Shown: positions 18,802 to 28,889 of the stretch, piece after piece | Layout: each line of letters opens with the position of its first letter | Position numbering within the stretch: position 1 is the stretch's first letter | Source of the DNA: a virus | DNA: 64,000 nt | IMG/VR virus record: IMGVR_UViG_3300021964_007119 | Span: 1 to 64,000 of that record | Reading direction: 5' to 3' (one strand) | Position numbers and translations under genes: made by a program | The notes under the pieces: model-generated | Database searches by the model: none | The model's input: only the letters and a program-made list of their open reading frames with translations | What the model was told of the DNA's origin: nothing

Positions 18802-19715
18802 TATATCATACCAAGTTTATGTTTCATTAATTCTCTAAATGAAGTTTCTTCTGTTAAATTTTTCATATCTGTAAATTTTTCATAACCAATATCATTTGGG
18901 TCTTTTTCAGTCATTTTAATCATATGAACTTTTATACCCTCGTTCATTAATTCTTCTACAATTCTCATACTATCTTTTACAGCATCATTATCAAGTGCAA
19001 CATATAGAGTTTTTACTTTCTTTTCTAAAATCTTTCTTTTTAAACTATTCATAATTGTTTTACCAAATAACGGGATAGAATTTATTTTGGTTGATATTGC
19101 ATCTAAGGCTCCTTCAACTAATAATATTGGTTCTTCCCAATTTACAAACAATTCAAATCCAACAATATCTTTTGGTGTTGGTGAATTTCTATATTTAAGT
19201 TTACTATCAAATACATCTCTACCGACAAAAAAATTTAATTTACCCCCACTATCATATGAAGGAATAATAATTCTGTTTGAGTATAGTCCGTCTTCACAAT
19301 AACCAATTGAGTATTTAATCATATCGTCTGATGAAACTCCTCGTGATTTTAAATACTTTAATGCGTGTTTATAAATTGGTGAGTTAGATTTTACCCATAT
19401 AGGTTTGTATTCGTCTGGTAATTTTACTTCTTTGTTTTCTTGTTTGGTTGGAACATACTCAAATGAAAAATCATCTGATAATTCTTTTAGTTCACCATAT
19501 TCTTTTTTGGAAGCTTTGACTTTCTTAAACAACTGAAATAAGTTATGACCACCTTGACCAGATACCCAACAATGCCATTTTCCATTTTTAACATTGACTT
19601 GTAGTTTAGGTTTGTGATGACTAACAAATGGACTCCACCACATATACTCATTTTCTTTTGTTAATTGTTGTCCTTGTGATTTTAATACTCTATTGAGTAG
19701 ATTTACTATCTTCAT
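18801..19715 (-). CDS. DnaG-type DNA primase
   Basis: YLKSRG, RIIIP, GR, KYRN, TOPRIM VEGALDA and DND. Confidence 0.9.
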   Translation of the reverse strand: MKIVNLLNRVLKSQGQQLTKENEYMWWSPFVSHHKPKLQVNVKNGKWHCWVSGQGGHNLFQLFKKVKASKKEYGELKELSDDFSFEYVPTKQENKEVKLPDEYKPIWVKSNSPIYKHALKYLKSRGVSSDDMIKYSIGYCEDGLYSNRIIIPSYDSGGKLNFFVGRDVFDSKLKYRNSPTPKDIVGFELFVNWEEPILLVEGALDAISTKINSIPLFGKTIMNSLKRKILEKKVKTLYVALDNDAVKDSMRIVEELMNEGIKVHMIKMTEKDPNDIGYEKFTDMKNLTEETSFRELMKHKLGMI

Positions 19716-20043
19716 CTAATAATTCTAACAACCTTTCAAACTCTATTGTAGCATAAATTTTACTTCTGTTTCTTTTAAACACTAATAATGGTATGTGTTT
19801 TCCTGCGTTTGTTTCAGCTTGTTCAAGAGAACTCCATATATTTAATTTCTCTTGATTTTTACATTCTGTTGCAAATGGAAACAATTTACGAGCGGCTGGT
19901 GATAATAAAACATCTTCACCACTATCTCCCATAGTAGTTGAACGAACATCATCTTCTTCTAGTTGTGTGAATTTTTCTAAGATTAAATCTCGGACTTTAT
20001 TCTGTAACCTTTTACCTTTGTTTTTAGCACTTCTCGTTTTCAT
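19690..20043 (-). CDS. PD-(D/E)xK Holliday-junction resolvase-like nuclease
   Basis: SAKNKGKRLQ...GEDV...ECKNQE. Confidence 0.75.
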   Translation of the reverse strand: MKTRSAKNKGKRLQNKVRDLILEKFTQLEEDDVRSTTMGDSGEDVLLSPAARKLFPFATECKNQEKLNIWSSLEQAETNAGKHIPLLVFKRNRSKIYATIEFERLLELLDEDSKSTQ

Positions 20044-20081
20044 AACCAATAATAAATATAATTGAGATTACCCAAAATCAA

Positions 20082-21863
20082 TTATTTTTTTCTTAAACTA
20101 TGTTTCCATTTTCCTCTCCACTCTCGTCTAGCCCATCTTTCAGCTGCTATTTCAAATGGGTTGTTGTCGTGGAAATCTTTACCCTTATCTTCTTGTTCTT
20201 GTCCAGCTTGTGTATACATTCTTACAAACTTTTTACGACCATATTTTTTACTATCCATAGCGTGATAAATTTCGTGTAACAAAGTTATCATAAAATCTTG
20301 AACACTTTTATAAAAAGGTCTTAACTTTATAATATCTCTGTCAAAATCATAATCACCTTTTGTTGCTCGTGGACTAAATTCTAATTTTGAATTAACTCTG
20401 TATTTATTCATTATTTTTTTAGCTATTTGTTGAAAGTCTATTCTTTCTAATAATAAAGTTGTTCCGTCTTTTAATGTATATGTTTCTAACATTTTTTGTT
20501 TTCTTACCCAAGACTTACCTCTCGGATTTTTTATTGGTCTTTTGATAAATTTAGATATTCCTTTTTTAACCAACATATTAAATCGTTTTTGTGCTTGTTT
20601 TGGTGAAAGGTCTTTGTTGTTATCAATGATTATAAAGTTATTACCACCAAACAATCCTTGAAATCCACCAATATTTTTTATAACTTCTCTGTGTGAATCA
20701 ACAACTATTTTTTCCGGTAGAACTCTGTCACGATTTTTATTTCTTTTAAGTGCTACTTCTAATGTAGTGTTGACAAATACCATATAACAATCATATCCTT
20801 TTTCCTCTAATTCTTTTTTCTCTTTTGATATTTTTGCATAATCATCACCGGTTCCGTCAATAATCATACCGAGTCTTCCGTTTTGATATAATTTTTTTCT
20901 CACACCGGTTAATTCTTTAGCATAACTTCTCAATCCACTTGCGTCTGGTCCATCACCTGTTAGATTGTCAAATACTTCGTCTGGTAATGCGTCTAAGTTA
21001 GTTCCGAACCCGTATTTTTTTAATAAGAACTTTAACTCTTTATCTGTGTTGACCATTTTCATACCGGTCTGAGATACATTAACTCTTTCTGGTATTCCAA
21101 ATAAACCTTTTGCTACCCAAGTTTTACCACTTCCAGGCCCACCTGCTAAGAAAACTGCTTTTAAAATACCTGGGTCATTGATACCTTCTTTTAAAATCAT
21201 TGTTTCACCATTTTTGGTAAGTATGTTTTCCATATGTTTATAATATTCTTTTTCAAATCCCAACTCAACAAAAGCTGTATAACCTTTTGGCCCTTGTCTA
21301 CCTGATGCTTGTGAAGCTTCTTTTAATGGTAATCTAAATGTTACAACTTTTCTACCATTGATTGTTGGCATTCCGTGTTCATCTTTACCAATAGATTTGA
21401 CTACGGTTTTTTTATTTTTAAATCTACCAGTTAAAATAGTATCTCCAATCTTTACTGGTATATTTACATCTTCTCTAATACTACGATTTAATTTTCCGTG
21501 AATTCTTTTCATTTTTTTTCTTTGTGCTAAACTTGTAGGTATCCAATCTGGTCCAAAAGTATAATCCTTGTTTTCTTTTGTTTTCTTTTTCATCTTGTTG
21601 ATATAAGAACGATAAACCGCGGCTTGAGATGATTTACCCATTTCTTTTGCTCGTTGTTCCATTGCTACAGCGGCTTGAATTTTGTGTGCGTGAGATTTAC
21701 CACTACCCTTGATTTTACTTACTGAAGATTTAGCATCTTTAACAGTTGCAAACTTTAAACCTTTGATTGTTCCTTTTGGATTTTCATCTGTGTATAAATC
21801 TGAATGAGATGAAGAACCTCTATGTTGTCCTTTTTTTCTTGGAACTCTTGGTGTTTCGTTCAT
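20082..21863 (-). CDS. Multidomain protein: basic N-terminal domains + zeta-toxin/AAA_33-like P-loop kinase + HExxH metallopeptidase-like domain
   Basis: AVFLAGGPGSGKT, IIDGTG, RNKNRDR lid; C-terminal LLHEIYH...NPFEIAAE. Confidence 0.75.
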   Translation of the reverse strand: MNETPRVPRKKGQHRGSSSHSDLYTDENPKGTIKGLKFATVKDAKSSVSKIKGSGKSHAHKIQAAVAMEQRAKEMGKSSQAAVYRSYINKMKKKTKENKDYTFGPDWIPTSLAQRKKMKRIHGKLNRSIREDVNIPVKIGDTILTGRFKNKKTVVKSIGKDEHGMPTINGRKVVTFRLPLKEASQASGRQGPKGYTAFVELGFEKEYYKHMENILTKNGETMILKEGINDPGILKAVFLAGGPGSGKTWVAKGLFGIPERVNVSQTGMKMVNTDKELKFLLKKYGFGTNLDALPDEVFDNLTGDGPDASGLRSYAKELTGVRKKLYQNGRLGMIIDGTGDDYAKISKEKKELEEKGYDCYMVFVNTTLEVALKRNKNRDRVLPEKIVVDSHREVIKNIGGFQGLFGGNNFIIIDNNKDLSPKQAQKRFNMLVKKGISKFIKRPIKNPRGKSWVRKQKMLETYTLKDGTTLLLERIDFQQIAKKIMNKYRVNSKLEFSPRATKGDYDFDRDIIKLRPFYKSVQDFMITLLHEIYHAMDSKKYGRKKFVRMYTQAGQEQEDKGKDFHDNNPFEIAAERWARREWRGKWKHSLRKK

Positions 21864-22016
21864 CTATCTATACCCCATTTGATTTGGATTGATACCTAAT
21901 TTTTTTAATTTGGCTTTATATTTTTTATGTTGGTTTGCAGTTCTACCTTCTTTAGCCCATTTTTCATTGAGTTTTCGTCTTCGTTCTTTTCTATCTTTGG
22001 CGTTTCTATTCGGCAT
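21864..22016 (-). CDS. Small basic protein (50 aa)
   Basis: MPNRNAKDRKERRRKLNEKWAKEGRT...; preceded by ATATTTAT; below ORF-track cutoff. Confidence 0.6.
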   Translation of the reverse strand: MPNRNAKDRKERRRKLNEKWAKEGRTANQHKKYKAKLKKLGINPNQMGYR

Positions 22017-22048
22017 ATCTACAATTATAAATATAAAATTTTCGATTA

Positions 22049-23167
22049 TTATGTATCAAATCTAACAATAAAACTTATGTCTAACTCTTTGTCGTTTTTG
22101 ATTGGTTTGGCTAATTTACCCATAGCTAATAAATCATTGTGGTCGTCATAAAGTGCTATGGTTGTAACATATGGTGCGAAATTTGAACCTGTCGCTATAT
22201 CTAACAAAGAACCAGTTCCGGCGTATCCCTCGTCACTATACGAAGAACTTGCTGGCCATATAACTGGTAAATTTAAATGTTCTGTTGAATAAGTTTCGTC
22301 TTCTGGAAATAAATTAGTTGGAACACCAAAACTACCACTATTTCCTGGTGTTAATGTAATATTTGAACTATTGGCAAATTCACCCCTTCCAACATTACAT
22401 TGAATTTCTCTTTCATAAATTGTTCTTGTTGATTTAAAAGTTATATCCCAACCATCATCACCACCCGTATTACCTATATTATAATAAGAACCAGTATCGG
22501 TTATAACAATCAATCCGTAACTATACATAACATTACCTATAATACTACCAGTCGTTTGTCCACCACCATCAGCTTTAAACGATTCTGATGCTACTGCGAA
22601 AGATGATGAATAGTTGTTGTCGTATAGATTTCCTAGTCCATCATCTTTTAATGTATAAGTTATATCTGTACTATTATCTGTGATAGTAACCGATTTTGGT
22701 TTTATTTTTTCACCATAAAATTGTCTTGGAATACTAATGATTGAAGCTGATTTGTGTAATATTCTTGATGAAAAGTTATATGTAAATCTATTAGGGAAAT
22801 CTGATAAAGATGATGATACTATTGCTTTAACTGGTGAATGTGTTTTTTCCCAGTGTGTTAAATCAACTTCACTACTATCTATAACATTGACATCACGATA
22901 GAACATATTGTTTATTGTGAAATATATTGGTGATTCATAAAATGTTGCCCAATATGGATTTTTTCCCATTGAAGATGAGAGAGAATTGTATACCCCAAAA
23001 CTTTGTGAATTTGCTGTTGAATTTTGGAAATTGTAAATACTTCCACTTCTTGCACGAATTCCATAAACTCCACTACCACTGTCGTTATTTGTGAATGTAA
23101 ATTCTTTATGGACTTCAAATGACCTAAGTGATACATCTTCCGGGTTTATATTTTTGTAAATACCCAT
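22049..23167 (-). CDS. Virion (baseplate/tail-collar) protein
   Basis: C-terminal PYVTTIALYD...LLAMGKLAKPI shared with neighbour; structural module. Confidence 0.7.
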   Translation of the reverse strand: MGIYKNINPEDVSLRSFEVHKEFTFTNNDSGSGVYGIRARSGSIYNFQNSTANSQSFGVYNSLSSSMGKNPYWATFYESPIYFTINNMFYRDVNVIDSSEVDLTHWEKTHSPVKAIVSSSLSDFPNRFTYNFSSRILHKSASIISIPRQFYGEKIKPKSVTITDNSTDITYTLKDDGLGNLYDNNYSSSFAVASESFKADGGGQTTGSIIGNVMYSYGLIVITDTGSYYNIGNTGGDDGWDITFKSTRTIYEREIQCNVGRGEFANSSNITLTPGNSGSFGVPTNLFPEDETYSTEHLNLPVIWPASSSYSDEGYAGTGSLLDIATGSNFAPYVTTIALYDDHNDLLAMGKLAKPIKNDKELDISFIVRFDT

Positions 23168-23180
23168 TTGTATAACCTAA

Positions 23181-24278
23181 TTAAAAGTCTAACTTAACTT
23201 TAATAAGTGCTTCTCTACTTCTTGATTTTAAAATTGGTTGACTTAGTTTTGCAATAGCTAATGGTTCTGCTGTTTCTTCACCATAAAGTGCTACAGTTGT
23301 AATATAAGTTTTCGGGTCATTTTTAAATGCTTCAATTTTTATATCACCAGAACTTGACACATAAGTTGGATTTGTGCTTGAATTAAATTCACTATTTCCA
23401 ACTCTACAAAAGTAATGTGTTGAACTAATTGTTTCTTCTCTACGAGCTTGGAACAATGAACCAGAATCTATAGCTTCAACCATTCTATGTAAACTATGCG
23501 ATATTCTTGAATTTATTACATTTGAACCTGTTTTGTTCGCTAGATAAAATAAAGGGTCTTGTTGTGGAACTGATAATGTATGAACATCAGCTACACTTCC
23601 AAGTTGTGTAGATTGTAATCTATGAGCACTTAGGATAAGTAATCCAAAGTCTGGATAAAACTTACCATAAGAACCACTTGCAGCTCCTTCAGATGAAGCG
23701 GCTGTATCAATTGTTGTTGAACCACCTTGTATAGAACCAGAAACAATATTATATTCTGTTACTCCAGCTGAGTTTATAGGGTTCGTATTTGTTGAACTAT
23801 CATCAATCAATTTAACTTTTATTGTTGACTTATGACCACTCAAATTTAGTTCCCAATTTCCAGGGTCAACTTTTTCTCTCATACGACTTCTGTCAAGTGA
23901 TAAAGCGTATATATGTTGTTTAGTAACATCTGTTCCTTGTTCAAAAGTAAATAATTCTGTTTCAGGTGGTTGGGTTAAATTTAACATCTGTCCATAAACA
24001 GTTGCTGTTTCTCTATTACCATCAACACCAGCTTTTCCTAATGAACCACTACCACCTTTGTGTCCATATAAAACTGAAAATTGTTTTTCTGATGTAGAAC
24101 CAGAAACATCTGTGTTAAATAATTGTAAGTAATATTGTCCATTTGAACTAGACTGTACTGAAGATGTATAAACATTAGTAAGAGTTGATACTCCACTTGA
24201 CCATATTCCCGAAGAAACTGTTTGGTTCACCTCTCTTACGATATCATTTTCTTCCACTAATGGTTTTTGATAACTCAT
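23181..24278 (-). CDS. Virion (baseplate/tail-collar) protein, paralog of 22049-23167
   Basis: TYITTVALY...LAIAKLSQPILK. Confidence 0.7.
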   Translation of the reverse strand: MSYQKPLVEENDIVREVNQTVSSGIWSSGVSTLTNVYTSSVQSSSNGQYYLQLFNTDVSGSTSEKQFSVLYGHKGGSGSLGKAGVDGNRETATVYGQMLNLTQPPETELFTFEQGTDVTKQHIYALSLDRSRMREKVDPGNWELNLSGHKSTIKVKLIDDSSTNTNPINSAGVTEYNIVSGSIQGGSTTIDTAASSEGAASGSYGKFYPDFGLLILSAHRLQSTQLGSVADVHTLSVPQQDPLFYLANKTGSNVINSRISHSLHRMVEAIDSGSLFQARREETISSTHYFCRVGNSEFNSSTNPTYVSSSGDIKIEAFKNDPKTYITTVALYGEETAEPLAIAKLSQPILKSRSREALIKVKLDF

Positions 24279-24289
24279 TATTTATCCCC

Positions 24290-24973
24290 CTAAGTTCTTG
24301 TTAAGTTAATTGTTAAACTATCTAATTTACCAGTCTGAAGACCTCTAGCAGTTAAAACTACTTGTCTGTCTTGACTTCCAAGAATTGCGGTAGGTCTACA
24401 TTTAATAGTAACTGATGTTCCTATTGTACTTGTTGTTCCTGATGGATTTCCTCCTCCACCAGTACCAGTATATCCACCACTTTGACCTGGAGTGACTTGA
24501 CCTAGACCACCACCTGTTTCTTGTTCTACTTGTGGAACTGAACGATTTGGTTGAGAAGTTGTTACGATAGTAGCATATTGACTTGAACCTAATACAAATT
24601 CATATAACTCTCCTGCAGCATTATCAGTTTCTGCTGTGTATACACTTGATTTTCCTGCTTGGATAGTAGAAGCTCCTGTAAGTGTTATTATTGGTGCTGT
24701 TCCACTATTTTGATTTGCATTATTATTTAAAAAGTATTTAACTGCTAAAGTTTGATTTGGAATAGCTTCTAGAAGATTCATACTCTCTATCGCTTGTCCA
24801 TAAAAGTTTGAACCATTAGGATGTGTGATATCATATAATCCATAATCAATCTCATCATCTGCTAATGCAAACTTTGTAATTTTAAATTTTCCTTCTCCTT
24901 GTGCTAATAACTCACGACCTTTTTTAGTTAATATAGCATCTACCGTTATGGTTGTGTTATCTAAAACTCCCAT
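24290..24973 (-). CDS. Virion protein with tail-collar-fibre-like N-terminus
   Basis: AILTKKGRELLA...ITKFALAD resembles DUF3751 N-terminus. Confidence 0.6.
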   Translation of the reverse strand: MGVLDNTTITVDAILTKKGRELLAQGEGKFKITKFALADDEIDYGLYDITHPNGSNFYGQAIESMNLLEAIPNQTLAVKYFLNNNANQNSGTAPIITLTGASTIQAGKSSVYTAETDNAAGELYEFVLGSSQYATIVTTSQPNRSVPQVEQETGGGLGQVTPGQSGGYTGTGGGGNPSGTTSTIGTSVTIKCRPTAILGSQDRQVVLTARGLQTGKLDSLTINLTRT

Positions 24974-25064
24974 TTTTACTCCTAATTGTGATTAAATTTT
25001 GATTTCATTTTGAAACTACTTCGGTGTCAATTATAAATATATGAAAACAAAATTTTTAGTTAAA

Positions 25065-28000
25065 TTAATTATTTTTTACTACCTCAAGTCTTTTACCAGT
25101 ACTAGTCTGTTTAGTGACTACGGCTGTCTGTGATGTTGCTGATACAATAAATGGAAGTTCCCCATCTATTGTAGTTTCAATCGTATTTTTTACCCCCTCA
25201 AAATGAATTTTTCTATATCCACTCAAATAATCTGAAGGTGGTTGGTATTCAGCCTTTTTAAATGATGATGAATACGCGTGAAGTGCAGAACTTGAATATT
25301 GTGCATAAATCTGTTGACTTAAACTTGTAGTTAAAGGTTCTCCGACAGCACCTGAACCAGTATAGAATATATCTCTTACTTCAAATCTATCACTTAATCT
25401 TGATGATGAAATAAATGGTGATAATGCTTCATTGAACAATACATCAGGAACTTTTACACCTTGTACAATAGAACCCGTTTTATAAGTAGTTGAACTTCTT
25501 ACAAAAGAGTCTTTGTATCTACTACTATTTAATGATGATGATAATGACGCACTTCCAATCAAATAAAATGAAGGTTCTTGGAATAAACTCTCTGATACCA
25601 CACCAGTATAATCATTTGTTGAACCAGAAGCAGATATTATTGCTCTACGGAGTGATTGTGTTGCTTCTAACAAACCTACATTTATTTCTCCCTCTCGTAA
25701 CAAACTTTCAATACTTGGTGTCTTACCTATTATTTCTTTTGGTCTTTCTAATATAGTAGGTTCGATTAATAAACCAAAATTAAACTTGGTTCTTGCTGGA
25801 ATTACTTTTTTAATTTGTTCAAATATTGCTTGGTCATAAAATTTTATTAACCTTATATATTCCCAAAAATTATTTGTTTTTGTATATTTTTGGAAATAAG
25901 ATTCAGCTAGTTCTCTTAAACCTCTATAAAATAATTCTTGTTCATCTCTCGGGTCTCCAATCTCTTTGTCAATGTCTATGTCTGCTACTGATTCAATTAT
26001 ATCTCTGTTAATAACATCTGTTGGTGAGAAGAACACACCGACCTTATTCGAATCAATTGGTGCTGTATCATATGAACTTTGTTCTGTTCTATAATCAACT
26101 GATAATCCAGAACCACTATTTATCCAATTTCTTTCTATACGAACTTTTGAATTTGATAGTTTATATCCTATATTTGGCGTAAGAGATTTTTCTTCTTGTT
26201 CTACATTACTAAATGTATTTGCGGTAAATCCAACTGCACTACCTGACTCAAACGCTCCGTCAGAGTTAGCAAACAAGTTTTGGTCTGGTGCTATATTGTT
26301 TAAAGTTGGTGATGTTGATAAATTTTTGTTATCATCTAATCTTAATCTAAATACTAAATCTGTAAATGATGATGATGCGTGATTACCATTTATTGCTTTT
26401 GGAGCTCTTGTATGGTTGTTAAATGCTGATTCTGTTAGTGGTGAATTGTAATATCTTATTTCTTGTAAAGAACCTGTAAACTCTCCACCTAAATCACCAA
26501 AAGAACCTGTTGAACCAAAGAACATATCACCACTTGCAGTCCATTGTCCGTTATGTAGTGATGAAGTTAATCCTGCTCCTGTGGTTGAACCACTTAAAAT
26601 CATTGAAGTTGATGAATCATAAAGTATTTTACTTCTGCCAGCTTCATATTGTTTTACAAATAAATTATATTTTATACTTGATGTTGTCTCAAATTCGTTC
26701 TTTACTTCTTGGTCATATCCACTACTTAGTTCTCTTGTAATACCTACTGACCAAAACTCATTATTGTAAACTGGGAATAAAGATGAAGTAACACTCGTTG
26801 TTCCTAGTGAACTTGTGATTAAAAATTCTACTTTACCTTTATTATCTGTGATTGAACCTTGTTCTAATAATCTTACTGCAAATCTTTGGTCTTTGGCTAC
26901 CAATACTTGATTGGAACTTGACGCGGCTCTAAATCTAAACTCAATAGTATCCGGTGTTCTTAAACTACCTGATGTTTCTTTCCATTGTGTTTGAATATGT
27001 TGACTATTTTTAAAATCTAACGCTCTTGTAAATCTTTGTCTAATATCAAATGTTGGTTGATATTCTTTTACATCTGGTCCACCATACTCATTAATTCTTA
27101 ATATTGTTGGTGGAATACCATACGCATTAACAAGAGCTTGAATTGACTCTTTTGTTCCTTTTCTTTTTAAAATATAAGGCATACTCGATAACACACGACC
27201 CCATATTTCTCTTTCAATATCTTTTTCTGATTCTGTTGAGTAAACTTCATATGTTGATGAAGTTGCTGAACCACTTAATTGGTATCCTTTTATGTATCTA
27301 TGTAGTTCTACTAGTTCTTTACCTGATGGTTGTTTCCAACCGAATGCATCTGATATAGTCCAAACTAAATCTTTTGATAATCCTTCTGTTAATTTTTCTC
27401 GTCTATCATAGGTGTCTTCAAATGCTTTAATGTAAATTAAAAAGTTGTCAAAGTAATGTCCAACCATATCTAAGAAATCTAAAAATGGTTGATTTTCAGA
27501 ATCTCTTATAATGTGCTCTGGAATTAAATTGACTAAACGATTTGGATTGTTTTGGTCATAGATAGAAGCGGAAGTTATATTGTTGTTATACCAAGTTGTA
27601 GCGGCTGATGCTGTTACATCTGCTATTGTATATGGTTTAGAAGAATTTGTCTTTGGCCAACTTGTGTCAAATTCTAACCCAAATGAACTTGTGTTGGCTG
27701 ATGAGCTTTCATAAAATAAATACTTTTCGTAATGGTCAAAGTTATTTACAATACCATTTTTTAATTCTTCATTTTTGGCTATTGCTGAATCATATACTGA
27801 TGATGTTGTTGTGGCTTTTACTGCGAAAGATGCACTTTCTAATGAGTATGCTTCATATTGTTGTAATTTTGTTCTAAAGTTTTGTAGTCTTTTTTCTACC
27901 GAACCAAATGTTGAAAAGTTTTTATATTCATTATAGTCAACATTTATTTTTACTGAGTTACTACCGCTTTGTAATTCATTAAATAAAGAACTTGATAAAA

Positions 28001-28889
28001 AATTATTATTAGTATAAATGTCTTCTAAACTTTTTTGTCCTGTTTTAGAATTGTTAATATAGTCTATTGATTGTTCTGTTGGTTGTCTTAGTATAGGGTC
28101 TCCTAATTCAGCATCTTCAAATGGATACAGTCTTATAGTTTCTCTAATTGGTTCAGACATTTCTTGAACAATATGAACATTTTGTTTTACTTGAACATTA
28201 TTTGGAACTTCATCATAAGTTTTTAAAACTACCGAGTGTGGTGCTATTTTTACACTATCAACATCAGTTTGTGAATTTACAATTACTGATTTTTGATTAT
28301 TTCCAAAATCAATTAGTGTGTTTAGTTTTTTATAATCAAAATTATTATATTTAATAGCCCAATTAATACTTTGGTCATATGTTTTTGGATTTAAATTATC
28401 ATCAAGTTTATCTTTTAAAGCATCTTGTGTAGTTATGATACCTTGTTCAACATCTACATTTGTAATTTTTGAAACAAATCTTTGATATATTTTTTTTGGG
28501 ATAGATGAACTACCACCAGTACTTCCACCACCAGTTCCAGTTCCACCACTACTATTAATAACTTTCCAATTACCAGGAATTTCATATACCACTTCTTTAG
28601 TCGAATCTGGTCCAGATTGTTCTCTAGTGAATACTCTAGCTACAACATTCCAATTACCAGTATAATTCTCGAAGTCTAGTGTTAGTTTTGAATTACTACT
28701 TGGTGGTGATGGACGAAAAGTTTGACCATTGTATGAAAGAAGAAATTGATAATTCGTTATTTGTATTCCAGAATCATTTTCGGTTGTTTCTACTTCAATA
28801 GTTCCTTTTTTAATTGAATCACTAACGACAAATGTTTGTAATCCATTTACAATTGAAAAATTTTCTCCATATGTTAGTTTAAGTTGCAT
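25065..28889 (-). CDS. Large baseplate wedge protein (gp7/P2 gpI-like segment plus LamG-like domain)
   Basis: ILKRKGTKESIQALVNAYG; FTGSLQEIRYYN; baseplate context. Confidence 0.7.
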   Translation of the reverse strand: MQLKLTYGENFSIVNGLQTFVVSDSIKKGTIEVETTENDSGIQITNYQFLLSYNGQTFRPSPPSSNSKLTLDFENYTGNWNVVARVFTREQSGPDSTKEVVYEIPGNWKVINSSGGTGTGGGSTGGSSSIPKKIYQRFVSKITNVDVEQGIITTQDALKDKLDDNLNPKTYDQSINWAIKYNNFDYKKLNTLIDFGNNQKSVIVNSQTDVDSVKIAPHSVVLKTYDEVPNNVQVKQNVHIVQEMSEPIRETIRLYPFEDAELGDPILRQPTEQSIDYINNSKTGQKSLEDIYTNNNFLSSSLFNELQSGSNSVKINVDYNEYKNFSTFGSVEKRLQNFRTKLQQYEAYSLESASFAVKATTTSSVYDSAIAKNEELKNGIVNNFDHYEKYLFYESSSANTSSFGLEFDTSWPKTNSSKPYTIADVTASAATTWYNNNITSASIYDQNNPNRLVNLIPEHIIRDSENQPFLDFLDMVGHYFDNFLIYIKAFEDTYDRREKLTEGLSKDLVWTISDAFGWKQPSGKELVELHRYIKGYQLSGSATSSTYEVYSTESEKDIEREIWGRVLSSMPYILKRKGTKESIQALVNAYGIPPTILRINEYGGPDVKEYQPTFDIRQRFTRALDFKNSQHIQTQWKETSGSLRTPDTIEFRFRAASSSNQVLVAKDQRFAVRLLEQGSITDNKGKVEFLITSSLGTTSVTSSLFPVYNNEFWSVGITRELSSGYDQEVKNEFETTSSIKYNLFVKQYEAGRSKILYDSSTSMILSGSTTGAGLTSSLHNGQWTASGDMFFGSTGSFGDLGGEFTGSLQEIRYYNSPLTESAFNNHTRAPKAINGNHASSSFTDLVFRLRLDDNKNLSTSPTLNNIAPDQNLFANSDGAFESGSAVGFTANTFSNVEQEEKSLTPNIGYKLSNSKVRIERNWINSGSGLSVDYRTEQSSYDTAPIDSNKVGVFFSPTDVINRDIIESVADIDIDKEIGDPRDEQELFYRGLRELAESYFQKYTKTNNFWEYIRLIKFYDQAIFEQIKKVIPARTKFNFGLLIEPTILERPKEIIGKTPSIESLLREGEINVGLLEATQSLRRAIISASGSTNDYTGVVSESLFQEPSFYLIGSASLSSSLNSSRYKDSFVRSSTTYKTGSIVQGVKVPDVLFNEALSPFISSSRLSDRFEVRDIFYTGSGAVGEPLTTSLSQQIYAQYSSSALHAYSSSFKKAEYQPPSDYLSGYRKIHFEGVKNTIETTIDGELPFIVSATSQTAVVTKQTSTGKRLEVVKNN

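Noticed and set aside
25031-25040. T4-type TATAAATA late promoters on the plus strand
   Set aside because: They would point away from the genes; the motif follows gene orientation as TAyTTAT
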